DNA of 26,622 bases from a virus (taxonomy: Duplodnaviria > Caudoviricetes). Position 1 is the first letter of the stretch. Each line of letters opens with the position of its first letter. Location: positions 1 to 26,622 of IMG/VR virus record IMGVR_UViG_3300014208_000113; one strand, written 5' to 3'. Below are positions 1 through 10,074 of this stretch, piece after piece. The notes under the pieces are model-generated. The model was not told the origin of the DNA. It ran no database searches and was given only the letters and a program-made list of their open reading frames with translations. A program made the position numbers and the translations under genes.

Positions 1-2370
1 ATCATTTGGAACTTCAATGTAACTTGGGTTGCCTCCTTCGTTCCCACGGACCAAACGACCCTGTGCTTTGTAAGGATTATTTGTTTTGTCAAATACGTGG
101 ATCCTCATCACACGTACGTACGTACCAGCAATACCTGAATTTGGAACACCCGATGATTCAGTTTGCTGTCTTTCGAATCTATGTAAAAGATCAGAATCTC
201 CGCCTGATTCAGCTGCCCAAGCGGTTTCCACGTACATTTCTATCTGTGGTTGCATGAAGGGACCGCTCTTTTTATCAAATCCAGCACGAGCATTTTCATA
301 CCCAAACTCTTTGCCTTTTTCAAGTTGTTGTTCAGGGTTCATAGGATCATATGGTTTAAAATACGATCTGAATCCATAACCTGGAGCACGTGAATCGTTG
401 AATTGAGTATCAATGACCAGTTGAAAAAATTCCTCGATGGTTAAACGTTCAGAACCCTTTCGTTCAACAAGCTGACGATATTGATCAAGAAAAATTTGCA
501 TATCGATCGGAAATTGTGCGATATTCGTGCTCGCGGCCGTTCCAGCTCGATCATTCAATTGGTAAAATACCATCTGAAGTTCATCGACAGAGTCGATCGA
601 ATCGATCGCCTGCCCCATGAAAACCGTCGCTAATTTTCCGAACGATACCAATCTTTTGTTGAACGTTCCGACTGGAATCCCTGCGGGAGATTTCTTAAGA
701 TCCTTCACGTCTGCTTCACTCATGTAAGCATTAACAGCATCAACAAGCGAAGTCAAAGGGTGTTGTGTATCACCAGGTTTCAATTTTTGCGATATCGGAA
801 GAAATGGGTCAACACCACGCGTTACTTCTGTGAGTCGACGTAATGCTGCTTCAGTTGCGTTATTTTTGATTTTTGTCTTGAAGTCAAGATTCTGCTTGTT
901 GTCGTCTGTATTTTGATAGTATTTTTCAAGTGTTGCAACAAGTTTATTTGCGGCCTCAGTGTTCAATCCTGCGCCTGGTGTTTTGAAGCTATCCTTCAAT
1001 GCCTTCAACGCGGTTTGAATCTCATCGGTTGACATATCAGGGAATGTCTGTCGTTCCGCGGAGTCAATCAACAAAAACCCTCTAACCTCTCGACTTGTTC
1101 CCTCGGATGCACCAATTCCCAATGCTTCCTTGTATTTTTTAATATCGTCGGCCAAATGTTTCAAATCTTCAAATGCCTTTAATGAACCATCTCGATCGTC
1201 AGTTATTTTTTTTGTCCTAAGTTCAGGAACACCCCTCATCCACAATTCAAGCGTTATTGAGACCTGACCGTCAGTTTCAAACTTAAATTGTGAATTTGCT
1301 ATTCCATACGCTTCCCTTACGAGCATCTTTGAATTGATGAAATCAGCGTACGTTTCAGAACCAGAACCACCACCCGATGGTTCAAATGGATGCCTCCATC
1401 CGTACGTGAGCCAAATCGTAGGTGCAGAGTTCTCAGACTGATAGGCTTGTGGTCTCACAAGATCGCTTATCTCTGCGAGCCTTGAGCGGTCATGCAACTT
1501 AAGCGATAATGAGGCTTTCTTATAAGAAAAAAGACCGACCGTTGGTGTAACGTTCACATTCAAACTCTCTATCGACATGAACGGTCTAAATGGATCAAGA
1601 ATGTCTACATACCTACCGACGCTTGAAACGGGACTAGCATTTATCAATGTCTGTGGAGACGTAAACATCTCCATCCCAGCAGTTGTTATTTGCTTTATTC
1701 CACCGATCGGCTGTTGCAAACCTGCTTCACCGCGAGCAGTTAGCATAACGTTGTCAGGAGTAGCTCCGTTAAAATCATAGTTGCTTTTATCAGCACCTAG
1801 AAGAAATTTCATCAAGCTAGGAGCTTGGAACGGTACGTTGTCGGGTTTGCTGAATGAAAATTCCACCTCAAGAAAAGGTGCCATCCTAGAAGCAACGATC
1901 GAAGGTAACGAGTTCATGAACACTTCAACATGTGATCCATTGCGTGTTGCAGGACTTATGTAACCTGTGTTGCAAAGAAGAACGCCCATTTTTTTGGTCG
2001 GTTCAATTCCTACGATATCCCTGAACTTGATGCCATCAACCAGCGTTTGTCCGTCATTGAGAAGTGCCATGTCCTGTTCAGGACCCAACGCGGAAACTTT
2101 TGCATTTGCGTTGTTGTAATAGCTGAAGATCCTTTTGAATTGTTCCAATTTTGCAGGATCATTCAATTCAACCTTCGTTGTTAAATCATTCAATTGTTTT
2201 GCAAGATTTTCAATCGTAAGAATTCCACCTGGACCCACATCATAAATCACCTTAAGCAATTCTGAAACGATGCCATCCCCAGTTTGATCGCCAAGGGAAA
2301 TTTTTTGGGTTCCCAATAGATCAAAGGGTGTGATCATCCTAAAGATGCTCTCAAGCGTTTCAAATGACAT
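1..2370 (-). CDS. Large baseplate hub-like protein (gp27/VgrG-like position), 3' end runs off the window (>=790 aa)
   Basis: Not in the ORF track, consistent with no stop in the window. ATG at 2370-2368 overlaps the TGA of the LysM gene (TGATG). I translated roughly the first 330 codons (MSFETLESIFRMITPFDLLG...DPFRPFMSIESLNVNVTP...KLHDRSRL...TIWLTYGWRHP) and the last 20; both are open in the same frame. The 'L-x-Y-G-W' motif and position after the LysM wedge gene suggest a hub protein (inference). Confidence 0.7.
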   Translation of the reverse strand, partial: MSFETLESIFRMITPFDLLGTQKISLGDQTGDGIVSELLKVIYDVGPGGILTIENLAKQLNDLTTKVELNDPAKLEQFKRIFSYYNNANAKVSALGPEQDMALLNDGQTLVDGIKFRDIVGIEPTKKMGVLLCNTGYISPATRNGSHVEVFMNSLPSIVASRMAPFLEVEFSFSKPDNVPFQAPSLMKFLLGADKSNYDFNGATPDNVMLTARGEAGLQQPIGGIKQITTAGMEMFTSPQTLINASPVSSVGRYVDILDPFRPFMSIESLNVNVTPTVGLFSYKKASLSLKLHDRSRLAEISDLVRPQAYQSENSAPTIWLTYGWRHPFEPSGGGSGSETYADFINSKMLVREAYGIANSQFKFETDGQVSITLELWMRGVPELRTKKITDDRDGSLKAFEDLKHLADDIKKYKEALGIGASEGTSREVRGFLLIDSAERQTFPDMSTDEIQTALKALKDSFKTPGAGLNTEAANKLVATLEKYYQNTDDNKQNLDFKTKIKNNATEAALRRLTEVTRGVDPFLPISQKLKPGDTQHPLTSLVDAVNAYMSEADVKDLKKSPAGIPVGTFNKRLVSFGKLATVFMGQAIDSIDSVDELQMVFYQLNDRAGTAASTNIAQFPIDMQIFLDQYRQLVERKGSERLTIEEFFQLVIDTQFNDSRAPGYGFRSYFKPYDPMNPEQQLEKGKEFGYENARAGFDKKSGPFMQPQIEMYVETAWAAESGGDSDLLHRFERQQTESSGVPNSGIAGTYVRVMRIHVFDKTNNPYKAQGRLVRGNEGGNPSYIEVPND

Positions 2371-2663
2371 CAACCCACCAGGCTTGCTACCGCTGACAAA
2401 TCAACGATATTGATGATTGTTCCAGGGGGAACTTGAAGACCCCACCCTATATCGCTAGCAGCAGCAAGGACCCACCAATAACTTGCATCACCGTATATTG
2501 ATCCTGCTAACGTATCAAGACGTTCAGCGCCGCGTAAAATGATCGTGCTAGTTTGAAGTTTACCCGTCTTAATTGCCGAACGTATTTGTTGAACGGCGTA
2601 TGATGTTCCCATCTGCGCTCCAAAATCTATCCTTGGAGCTCGAGCGTACCTACTAAATGACAT
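2370..2663 (-). CDS. LysM-like baseplate wedge protein (T4 gp53 / P2 gpX-like)
   Basis: Motif ERLDTLAGSIYGDASYWWVLAAASDIGWGLQVPPGTIINI is typical of this family; baseplate synteny. Confidence 0.85.
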   Translation of the reverse strand: MSFSRYARAPRIDFGAQMGTSYAVQQIRSAIKTGKLQTSTIILRGAERLDTLAGSIYGDASYWWVLAAASDIGWGLQVPPGTIINIVDLSAVASLVG

Positions 2664-2666
2664 ACA

Positions 2667-5600
2667 TCACCCCTTTCCATCCTGTTCAATTCGATGTGCC
2701 ATCGCAGCACCAACAGGGTACACGGGCGCTCTGTTGTAACCGTTATGATCGATTCCTGGTGAAATATCGTGAATGGGTGTGAACGCTAACGTTACCTTGC
2801 ACAACTTGGGAGCTGCTTTTCCGGGTGCAACCTCCCATGTCACCTTATCAAACCAATCAAATTGCATCGAATCTATCGTTCCCGCGAGACCTTTTCCCTT
2901 GATTGACTTGAATGATCTGACCAAGGCATTTTTTTCATCATCGAGAAATTCTGATAGTCTATTCAATGAATCCGTACCCGATCCACCTGTTGCATCGTTG
3001 ACAGTTTTATCGTAAAGTTGTTTTGTCAACCGCAACATTGATCTATTGATCTTGTACGTACCTCCTACAACGAATTGTTTGATATTGTCAACGTTATTGT
3101 ATTTTGTTTGTAGTTGACCGTTCCATTTTGTAGCCGTTAGCGTGTCAATTCCATATTCATCAATTAACTCGCTGGGTGACATAACATCGGCTTGCATCGC
3201 TACATTAACATCAACGGCATTTATTAGCTTAAATTTGAATCCCTTTAAATCACCCTGATCAATTGATAATGATGATGCGTGGCCAATTGCCGACGTTTCA
3301 AAATTTGAATCAAGTTCGCCGACGACCTCGGAAATTTTGTAATACGTTCCTGGTTGAGGATCATTTAGGATTTTTTTAATTGCGCTTGAAACAGATGTTG
3401 CTGATGATACAGCACCTGAAAATTTAATTTCATTTCCGTCAAGTTGCATTTCTCCTGAATCGGCTCCAAACAATCGTGCTAGAGCAAACTTTGAATAATT
3501 CGACCTGATCAAATCACCTATTCTCAAACGAATCATCGGACTTGCACCGATCATCTGACTAAATGGTTGTATGAAAATGTTACCGGCTCCATCATTTAAT
3601 TGACGACCTCTCGTGTATTGTGGATAAACCAACGTCACAAGTTTATTGATTTTCATCCACATATCATCAAAATCAGCTTCCGATGTTGCAGCGATGTAGA
3701 ATGATGTATTTATCTTTCTTCCAGTCGAACCCTTGTATATCCTAACGGGATCAACTCGACCGAATCCTTCTGATTGTTCCCAGGCGGGTGTAAAATCTTC
3801 AGTAAGGGCGGCTATGAATGCATGAAAACTTATGATTTCATTCGTTCTTAAATCATGGAAGTAGAATGGAACGTACTCCGCATCAAGCGTGGCCTCCATT
3901 GATTTAACTGTGATTTCGTCGGGAGATTCTGAATCGTACGCTATTCTTGCGCCTTTTTCCTTTTGTGAATCCTGCGTTTGAACGACAGCTGATGTTCTAC
4001 TACGATTATCTGATAATCCTAAGATTCCTTTGAACGAACCCAACTTGTTGTCCAACAGTTGCATCGTCATCGTTGAATCTGGTATGAGATACATCGATGG
4101 TGCTCTATTCGAACTCCATGCTAACTTGTTCGTTAATTGTCCGTCTGAACCCTTTAATCGACCTTTGATGACGGTTGAATGCAAACTGTTATCGTCAATG
4201 GCATCGGTCTTCGACGTAATTTCCTTGCTTGAACCATCAACCCTTGTCGACGTTAGATCCTGGCTGAGAATTGCATCGCCCAATGATGAAAACACGTTCA
4301 TCGCCGCAAAAAGCTTCGATTTTCTGATCGTGTTCAATAACCCAACGATGCTCTTGACACCGGCGAGCGGATTAGAGGCGAATGCTTTTGCAACCTTACT
4401 GATCGATTCAGCAACTGCAGTACCCGATCTGATGATCGTACGAGCAACTATTATATTTGCGCCTGCTGCGGTTGCATCACTCAAGGCATTTTCTAGTGCG
4501 TCCTCGGCGGCCGTTGCCAATTGATCAGCTATGTCAGCCTTGGCGCTTGCTGCACCGAGAAAAAATGCAGCTACACCGGCCTTTAATGCATCGCCGAAAG
4601 GATAAATTGTGGGTCTAATTCCCAACAATGCAAATAAATTCGGTGGTAAACTAACCGAATTTGGATCTTCCTGTGGTGTAAATGTATACGACCCTGCGGT
4701 ATACAATCCTGTATTTGGATCAAATTTTTGCTTTGGAAATGCTGTTCCGCCCACGTTTAACAGTGCGCCGAGACCTTCAAACGCCAACATTAACGCAGCA
4801 GTTAATGCTAACGCAAGGGCGACCTGTCCAACGTTCAGTATTCCAGCAAAGGGCTCCTCAACGTTATTTAGCGCACCCCACGATTGATTTCCCAACGGCG
4901 ATATTTCAATCAATGATGCCGGATCGACCTCGTCATTTGAGATTGTGTTCAAAACATCCCGGGCCTCAAGTAGAACGTTATTTACCTTCAATATTCCAAT
5001 TTGATTTGGGCTAGGAAGTAATGCACCTGCAACTGCTCCTGCATCCGTTGGATTGAATCCATCGTTAAATGCTGCTGGAAATTCCTGTGATGCTCTTAAC
5101 GACAATGCAGTTCCTACCTGCGCAAGATGAAGCATTGTCATGGGTCCACGTCCTGGCATGTGAACCGTTGGATTGTATTGTGGATCGACGTGACGAAGAT
5201 TTACGGCAGCAACTCTGTGCGCATCGGTGAACCTGTTGCTTTTAAGGATCGTACTGGTGTAATCCTCGATAGGTTTGGGAAGTTTATTTTTTTCCACCGA
5301 CGACAGAAGATCATTACCGTTCTGTCGTTGTGGGTATGTTTTTCCCTTGCTTATGTTCTGTAACGAAGGTTTCGGATCTTCAATCGGTTTTTCAGTGTAA
5401 TCCCTGAGATCAGGAGAATCAACCGTTGTTCCTGCGGCCTTTGATAGTGACGAAAATTGTGAATCATTCGATGTTTCTGCCAACGTAACTGGCACGTTGT
5501 GCTCATCCGTGATCGTTATTTCCTTGTACGACGAATCGATCGGAAATTGATTATTCTTGGTTGAGTTATGAAGATAGTTTGCAAGCGTAATTTTTGTTTT

Positions 5601-5750
5601 CTTGCTGATATCTTTTTTTGAATGATCAACGTTAATGTCACCACTGTCGGGTGACGACGGATCCAGACCGGGCGCATCGGGAGCTCCGACGTCGAAATCA
5701 TAAACCTTTCCGTCAATTTCAAATCCACCTTTGCCCGTTTTTATCGTCAT
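2667..5750 (-). CDS. Large baseplate/tube-initiator-like protein (gp48/gp54-like C-terminal domain) with a ~600-aa N-terminal extension
   Basis: 1027 aa. C-terminal motifs VPFYFHDLRTNEIISFHAFI...WEQSEGFGRVDPVRIYK...LVYPQY...PMIRLRIGD...GTIDSMQFDW...PKLCKVTLAFTPIHD resemble tube-fold initiators. Lies between the tape measure and LysM genes. Confidence 0.65.
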   Translation of the reverse strand: MTIKTGKGGFEIDGKVYDFDVGAPDAPGLDPSSPDSGDINVDHSKKDISKKTKITLANYLHNSTKNNQFPIDSSYKEITITDEHNVPVTLAETSNDSQFSSLSKAAGTTVDSPDLRDYTEKPIEDPKPSLQNISKGKTYPQRQNGNDLLSSVEKNKLPKPIEDYTSTILKSNRFTDAHRVAAVNLRHVDPQYNPTVHMPGRGPMTMLHLAQVGTALSLRASQEFPAAFNDGFNPTDAGAVAGALLPSPNQIGILKVNNVLLEARDVLNTISNDEVDPASLIEISPLGNQSWGALNNVEEPFAGILNVGQVALALALTAALMLAFEGLGALLNVGGTAFPKQKFDPNTGLYTAGSYTFTPQEDPNSVSLPPNLFALLGIRPTIYPFGDALKAGVAAFFLGAASAKADIADQLATAAEDALENALSDATAAGANIIVARTIIRSGTAVAESISKVAKAFASNPLAGVKSIVGLLNTIRKSKLFAAMNVFSSLGDAILSQDLTSTRVDGSSKEITSKTDAIDDNSLHSTVIKGRLKGSDGQLTNKLAWSSNRAPSMYLIPDSTMTMQLLDNKLGSFKGILGLSDNRSRTSAVVQTQDSQKEKGARIAYDSESPDEITVKSMEATLDAEYVPFYFHDLRTNEIISFHAFIAALTEDFTPAWEQSEGFGRVDPVRIYKGSTGRKINTSFYIAATSEADFDDMWMKINKLVTLVYPQYTRGRQLNDGAGNIFIQPFSQMIGASPMIRLRIGDLIRSNYSKFALARLFGADSGEMQLDGNEIKFSGAVSSATSVSSAIKKILNDPQPGTYYKISEVVGELDSNFETSAIGHASSLSIDQGDLKGFKFKLINAVDVNVAMQADVMSPSELIDEYGIDTLTATKWNGQLQTKYNNVDNIKQFVVGGTYKINRSMLRLTKQLYDKTVNDATGGSGTDSLNRLSEFLDDEKNALVRSFKSIKGKGLAGTIDSMQFDWFDKVTWEVAPGKAAPKLCKVTLAFTPIHDISPGIDHNGYNRAPVYPVGAAMAHRIEQDGKG

Positions 5751-6001
5751 GTGTCGATTGAACCTACGCTACCTGTAATTAAGGTGGTGTTCATCGATAG
5801 CTCCTCCTTGAGTTTATCATTTACACCCGGATTTTCATTCATCGCAATGAACGCAGGTTCCAGGGCACCGTAAACGCTCTTTATCAAATCTTCGGCCATC
5901 GATGCAATTCGATTACGCTCCTTTTCATTTTTTGCAAGGCTCATTGCCTTACGAAATAAAACGTCGCTTCTTAAGCGTTTGATTGCATCATCCTTGTTCA
6001 T
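5747..6001 (-). CDS. Hypothetical protein (84 aa, helical)
   Basis: Fills the gap after the tape measure gene; ATGA overlap couples it to the 1027-aa gene. Confidence 0.7.
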   Translation of the reverse strand: MNKDDAIKRLRSDVLFRKAMSLAKNEKERNRIASMAEDLIKSVYGALEPAFIAMNENPGVNDKLKEELSMNTTLITGSVGSIDT

Positions 6002-6036
6002 AGTTGTAATTTACACACCCGTGGGACACCAATTAA

Positions 6037-6055
6037 ATCATTATTTATGAATGAT
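6037..6055. promoter_or_regulatory. TAnnTA promoter-like motif inside an inverted repeat
   Basis: + strand ATCATT-ATTTATG-AATGAT; reads TATTTAT on + and ATAAATA on -; intergenic. Confidence 0.4.
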
Positions 6056-6104
6056 GGTTTCAATATTAACGTGCATCAGATTATCTCGTGCAATCGAGTG
6101 TTCA

Positions 6105-9100
6105 TCAACCTGTGGTTCTGGTCAATGGTAGAGGTCCAGCCTGGAATGAGTCGGGTATTGGTGGGGACGCCTTGTCGGCAGGCGATTCAAGCGCAAAATT
6201 CAAACGTTCCCTGATTATTGATGATTTTCTCATGATGACAACCTTCTCAACCTCACCGGCATCCATCGTTACGTTTAGGTTAACCGTGAGTTGAACCATC
6301 TTGTTCGTCACAGTATAGTTCGCCTTGGCACCCAAGCCAACGGCAGTTGCCATCTTCTTCAACTTGACAGGTGTATCAATCTTCATTCCGGACGCTAGCA
6401 TCGTATCAAGATCGTTCGCAAGCTTAACCATCTGAGAAACAGCTTCCAGCGCGGGTTTTAAGCCGTCACCCTTGATAGCGGTTGTCGCAGCCTTTATGCT
6501 TGCTGGTAACTTTCCGATCTCTTGGAATGAATCATTCATTGAAATTGAAAACTCAGCGATCTTCTTGGAAACTTCCGCCGCCTTTTCAAGCTGCGTTGCT
6601 TTTTCATCAGAGATCACGTCGAATGAGATACCTGCCAATTTTGACTTTACATCATCGATTGTTTTCTTCAAGTCAACGGACTTATCGCTTAACTTTTTCT
6701 GAAGTGCTTGAACTGACTCGATATTGCTGGACGTAGTTTCAGCATCCAATACCGGTTGTGACTTTTCTTCCTCAAGACTCTTCTTTTTTTCATTGAGACG
6801 TTCTTTAATGCTTGACGTTAAATCATGCGTTTTTTCCGCAAATTTGTGTGGCTTTGCTTTTTTGCCAACGTCGCCGGTTATTTTTGAAACAGCAGCATTG
6901 ATTGCATCAGTGATTTGAGGCGTAAATTTGAGTATCTGGGACACTGATCCCAATATGGCGTCAGTAAAAAACCCGCCGATTTTTTCCTTAAGACCCTCGA
7001 CTGCTCTCGATGCCGCCTTGATCAATGCCTTCGTAATAAATCCAAAGATTTTGATGGAAATGTTCATCGCTAGGGTTGGTAGTCTCTTCAAGAAGAAATC
7101 AACACCTTTATCAAACATGACAAGCAACTTTTCGCCTAGTGCAATCATCGCATCTAGGAACGCATCTTCATCACCTTTGAATAACGCCGTGAATACATTT
7201 CCAATCTCACCAACAACATCAAGTTGAGCAGACAGGTATTCCTTTACAGATTTGCTAAACTTTGAGCCAAATACGTTTCCTAATTGTTCAAAGAACATAT
7301 CGGACATTTTCGCAATAAAGTTTGCGATCGGAAGCTTAAGATCGTCGGGTAACAATCCCAATGTTATTGCATCGACGATACCAGTTGCTCCGGCGGCGAT
7401 CGTTCTCGTCGATTTATCAAATTCACCGGAAATGTTGTCTCGCAATTCCTTGATTGATTTACCGATGCTCATGGAAGCACCGATGACAGCTGCAACAGCT
7501 CCCGCGCCGCCGAGGACCCGGCCAAGACCTGTTTTGAAAAGTCCTGAAAGCGTTTTCAAACCGCCGCCGCTAAAAAGACCTTTGGTGACAACTGACACCA
7601 AGCCACCTAACGCTGCGCGAGCAAAGGCTGGGCCGAAGAGCAATCCAGCAATTGCAGGGATTGCTGGTTTTATTATCTTGATGAACTCAGGCGACAGCAG
7701 GTATTTCTTTATCTTTTTTGCAATTTCCACCACGAGGATGAGAAGTTTTGGAGCTAACAATTTTGCTGCATTTCCCAGTGCATCGAATAAAGGAAGAAGC
7801 GTCTCCGCCATGAATCCCAAAGCTCCTGCTGCACCACCTTTACCGGCGGCTGCCGCTGCTTTGAATTTACCGGGATTCGTTATCAATTCCGTTATGACAT
7901 CAAGACCTTTACCTATGTTTTGCGCGATCCATTTGATTCCTTCTGTGGCGGTTGATGCAAGGAACCTGAACAATTTTTTGAATCCGCTCAATATTTGCCG
8001 TGATGATCCACCTTCTGAGCTAAAGAAACCCGTGAACAAATTCTTCAATTTGTCCATCATTTTTGCGAACGATTGAGGTCCGTCGAGGAGATATTGTTTT
8101 GCGATATCGCTTATCCCCTTGAACAAACCCGTCCATTTAGATGGCTTAAAGAGATCGTTCCAACCACCTAAAAATTCGCCCAAGCCGGGAACCAACTTTG
8201 GTAACAAATGACCTAGTTTGAAACCAATTTGGTAAACTCCCCACAACGCTTTTCTGATGTTTATCATCAATGTTTGGAATTCCTTGGAAGTTCTAAATCC
8301 TGCAAGAATTCCCTTGAAGAACATCTCAAAGAATCCACCCGACATTGCGCCGCCTGATTTAACCATGCGCTCGATGCTATCGGCAAGTTTTGACATCGCT
8401 TCGGCTTGGGTTAGTGATTTCTTTTCAGCTGTTTCACTCTTTTTCTTTATCTGATCTAACGAGGCTCCTTGATTTTTCAGTGAAAATACCTGCTTCGCAG
8501 TTGCTTCATCGAGGCCAGTCGTCATCTGCAAGAGTTTTAATTGCTGCCTTGAGAATTGGGACGCATCAACACCGGCATTTTTGAATGATTTTCGTAGCAT
8601 GTCCAACTGATCGGCTGGATTCTGTGCTTCCATCAGCTTGAATGCATCAACCTGAACACCGAATGATTGCGACAATTTTGCAGCAGATTCAGCTGCTGAG
8701 TCGAATGTTTCGAACGCATCGAGCGTTCCAACGATCTTATCAAGTTCAACTCCCAATTTGCGAGCATAAACAGATGCCGTTGCTATTTCCTTAACCGTTA
8801 ACTGACCGAAATGCTTGACATCCTGGAAGGCTTTTGCCATGTCCTTACCGATCAACTTTTGATCGATTTCGAACGCCTTTCCAAGTTCAAGCGTTTGCTT
8901 GGTCATCTCCATGAACACCTTCGTCATCGGAACGCCGAGCGTGATAGCTCGATCACCGAGTGATTTCATCTGTTCGTCAGAAACGCCAAGACCCTTTTGG
9001 AACGCGAGAAGAGCTCCACCATTTTGCTTGAATTCATTCGTCAAACGACCGAACGTGGAACCCATAGCAACAGCAACAGCTGTCACCTTCTGAAGACGTT

Positions 9101-9746
9101 CTGCCATCGTACCGAACACTCGCCATGCGCTCAGCCCGGTATCAGAAAATCCTTTCAACGTTTGTGTTGCGGTTAGAACTGCTGACGTGCCAGGACCCTT
9201 TAGATCGCCCATCTCCTTCCTGAGATTTTCGATCGCTTCTGCTAATTCGTTCGATCCTCCTGCCGATTCCGCAGCCATATCGACAAGTGCGGTGAACATT
9301 TTGAACGGAATCGTAAGGATTGATAGCGCTATGCTGCTGATACCCTTCGCAGCATTTCCAACGAATCCTAAAAATCCCTTCGACAAGTTAACAACATTTC
9401 TGAACCCTTGATGCAATCCGGCAAGAGCTGAACCTGCAACGATTGCAGATGTTGGAATTTTCTTCGATAGATCCTTTGCTGTATCCTTCAAGCGATTTGA
9501 TAAAGTGGACGCTTGCTTTTCTGTCTTCATCACCTCTTTTTGAAGACCGCTTAGATCTGTATTGTTGAGCGCGCCTAAATCCTGCGATTTTAATTGTTCG
9601 ATCGCTCGCGTTAACTTTTCTATCGCTGTTATCTGTGTTGAATACGCTGCTTCGACCCGCTCAACGGAACGAGCCATCTGCTCCGTCATTGCTGACAGCT
9701 TCTGCGTCAATATCAATTGCTCGGATAACTCTTCTTTTGACGCCAC
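6105..9746 (-). CDS. Tail tape measure protein
   Basis: 1213 aa, Ala/Gly/Lys/Leu-rich helical sequence with an N-terminal coiled coil and central hydrophobic segments. GTG start with AAGGA 5 nt upstream. Lies between chaperone and baseplate genes. The ~0.15 nm/residue rule of thumb would give a tail of roughly 180 nm (inference). Confidence 0.85.
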   Translation of the reverse strand: MASKEELSEQLILTQKLSAMTEQMARSVERVEAAYSTQITAIEKLTRAIEQLKSQDLGALNNTDLSGLQKEVMKTEKQASTLSNRLKDTAKDLSKKIPTSAIVAGSALAGLHQGFRNVVNLSKGFLGFVGNAAKGISSIALSILTIPFKMFTALVDMAAESAGGSNELAEAIENLRKEMGDLKGPGTSAVLTATQTLKGFSDTGLSAWRVFGTMAERLQKVTAVAVAMGSTFGRLTNEFKQNGGALLAFQKGLGVSDEQMKSLGDRAITLGVPMTKVFMEMTKQTLELGKAFEIDQKLIGKDMAKAFQDVKHFGQLTVKEIATASVYARKLGVELDKIVGTLDAFETFDSAAESAAKLSQSFGVQVDAFKLMEAQNPADQLDMLRKSFKNAGVDASQFSRQQLKLLQMTTGLDEATAKQVFSLKNQGASLDQIKKKSETAEKKSLTQAEAMSKLADSIERMVKSGGAMSGGFFEMFFKGILAGFRTSKEFQTLMINIRKALWGVYQIGFKLGHLLPKLVPGLGEFLGGWNDLFKPSKWTGLFKGISDIAKQYLLDGPQSFAKMMDKLKNLFTGFFSSEGGSSRQILSGFKKLFRFLASTATEGIKWIAQNIGKGLDVITELITNPGKFKAAAAAGKGGAAGALGFMAETLLPLFDALGNAAKLLAPKLLILVVEIAKKIKKYLLSPEFIKIIKPAIPAIAGLLFGPAFARAALGGLVSVVTKGLFSGGGLKTLSGLFKTGLGRVLGGAGAVAAVIGASMSIGKSIKELRDNISGEFDKSTRTIAAGATGIVDAITLGLLPDDLKLPIANFIAKMSDMFFEQLGNVFGSKFSKSVKEYLSAQLDVVGEIGNVFTALFKGDEDAFLDAMIALGEKLLVMFDKGVDFFLKRLPTLAMNISIKIFGFITKALIKAASRAVEGLKEKIGGFFTDAILGSVSQILKFTPQITDAINAAVSKITGDVGKKAKPHKFAEKTHDLTSSIKERLNEKKKSLEEEKSQPVLDAETTSSNIESVQALQKKLSDKSVDLKKTIDDVKSKLAGISFDVISDEKATQLEKAAEVSKKIAEFSISMNDSFQEIGKLPASIKAATTAIKGDGLKPALEAVSQMVKLANDLDTMLASGMKIDTPVKLKKMATAVGLGAKANYTVTNKMVQLTVNLNVTMDAGEVEKVVIMRKSSIIRERLNFALESPADKASPPIPDSFQAGPLPLTRTTG

Positions 9747-9758
9747 TTAGTTCCTTAA

Positions 9759-9772
9759 GACTATTTATCGTC
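9759..9772. promoter_or_regulatory. Candidate bidirectional late promoter
   Basis: GAC-TATTTATC-GTC in the 26-nt gap between two divergent start codons (9746 on -, 9773 on +). Confidence 0.5.
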
Positions 9773-10060
9773 ATGTTAGAACCTGAAACCGATTTGAATG
9801 AAGGTAGTATGAATCTTGTTAGCAAGATTCTTCTTGCGGCGATCGCGGCCTGGCTTATCGGAAAAGCGACCAAAATAAAATTGCGAGGGACACAGGCAGA
9901 AATTGGTGCCATCACCAATGCGATGATGGCATCAAGACGTTTTCAGGAGGAATTAAGATTGCCTGGTGCAACGATCGACACGGTCATGAGAAAGTTACAC
10001 CTGAAGAATGCGACCGCATCGGAATTTGAAAAGATTCTCGGAATTAGATTTCCACTTTGA
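9773..10060 (+). CDS. Small hypothetical protein (95 aa), possible virion component
   Basis: ATG 9773 is preferred over the track's 9635 start, which overlaps the tape measure gene. It fills the gap exactly. MLEPETDLNE then a hydrophobic helix ILLAAIAAWLIG. Confidence 0.75.
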   Translation: MLEPETDLNEGSMNLVSKILLAAIAAWLIGKATKIKLRGTQAEIGAITNAMMASRRFQEELRLPGATIDTVMRKLHLKNATASEFEKILGIRFPL

Positions 10061-10074
10061 TTACAAACTAGAAA

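Noticed and set aside
1-702. GATC enrichment (10 sites by hand count, versus about 3 expected)
   Set aside because: Spot checks near 18000-18600 and 24000-24600 found near-expected counts; a proper k-mer analysis would be needed.
7252-8076. 274-aa + strand ORF and the many other antisense ORFs (e.g. 4030-4524, 21912-22232, 23501-23872)
   Set aside because: They lie fully opposite long, recognisable genes and have no recognisable motifs; they look like shadow ORFs.
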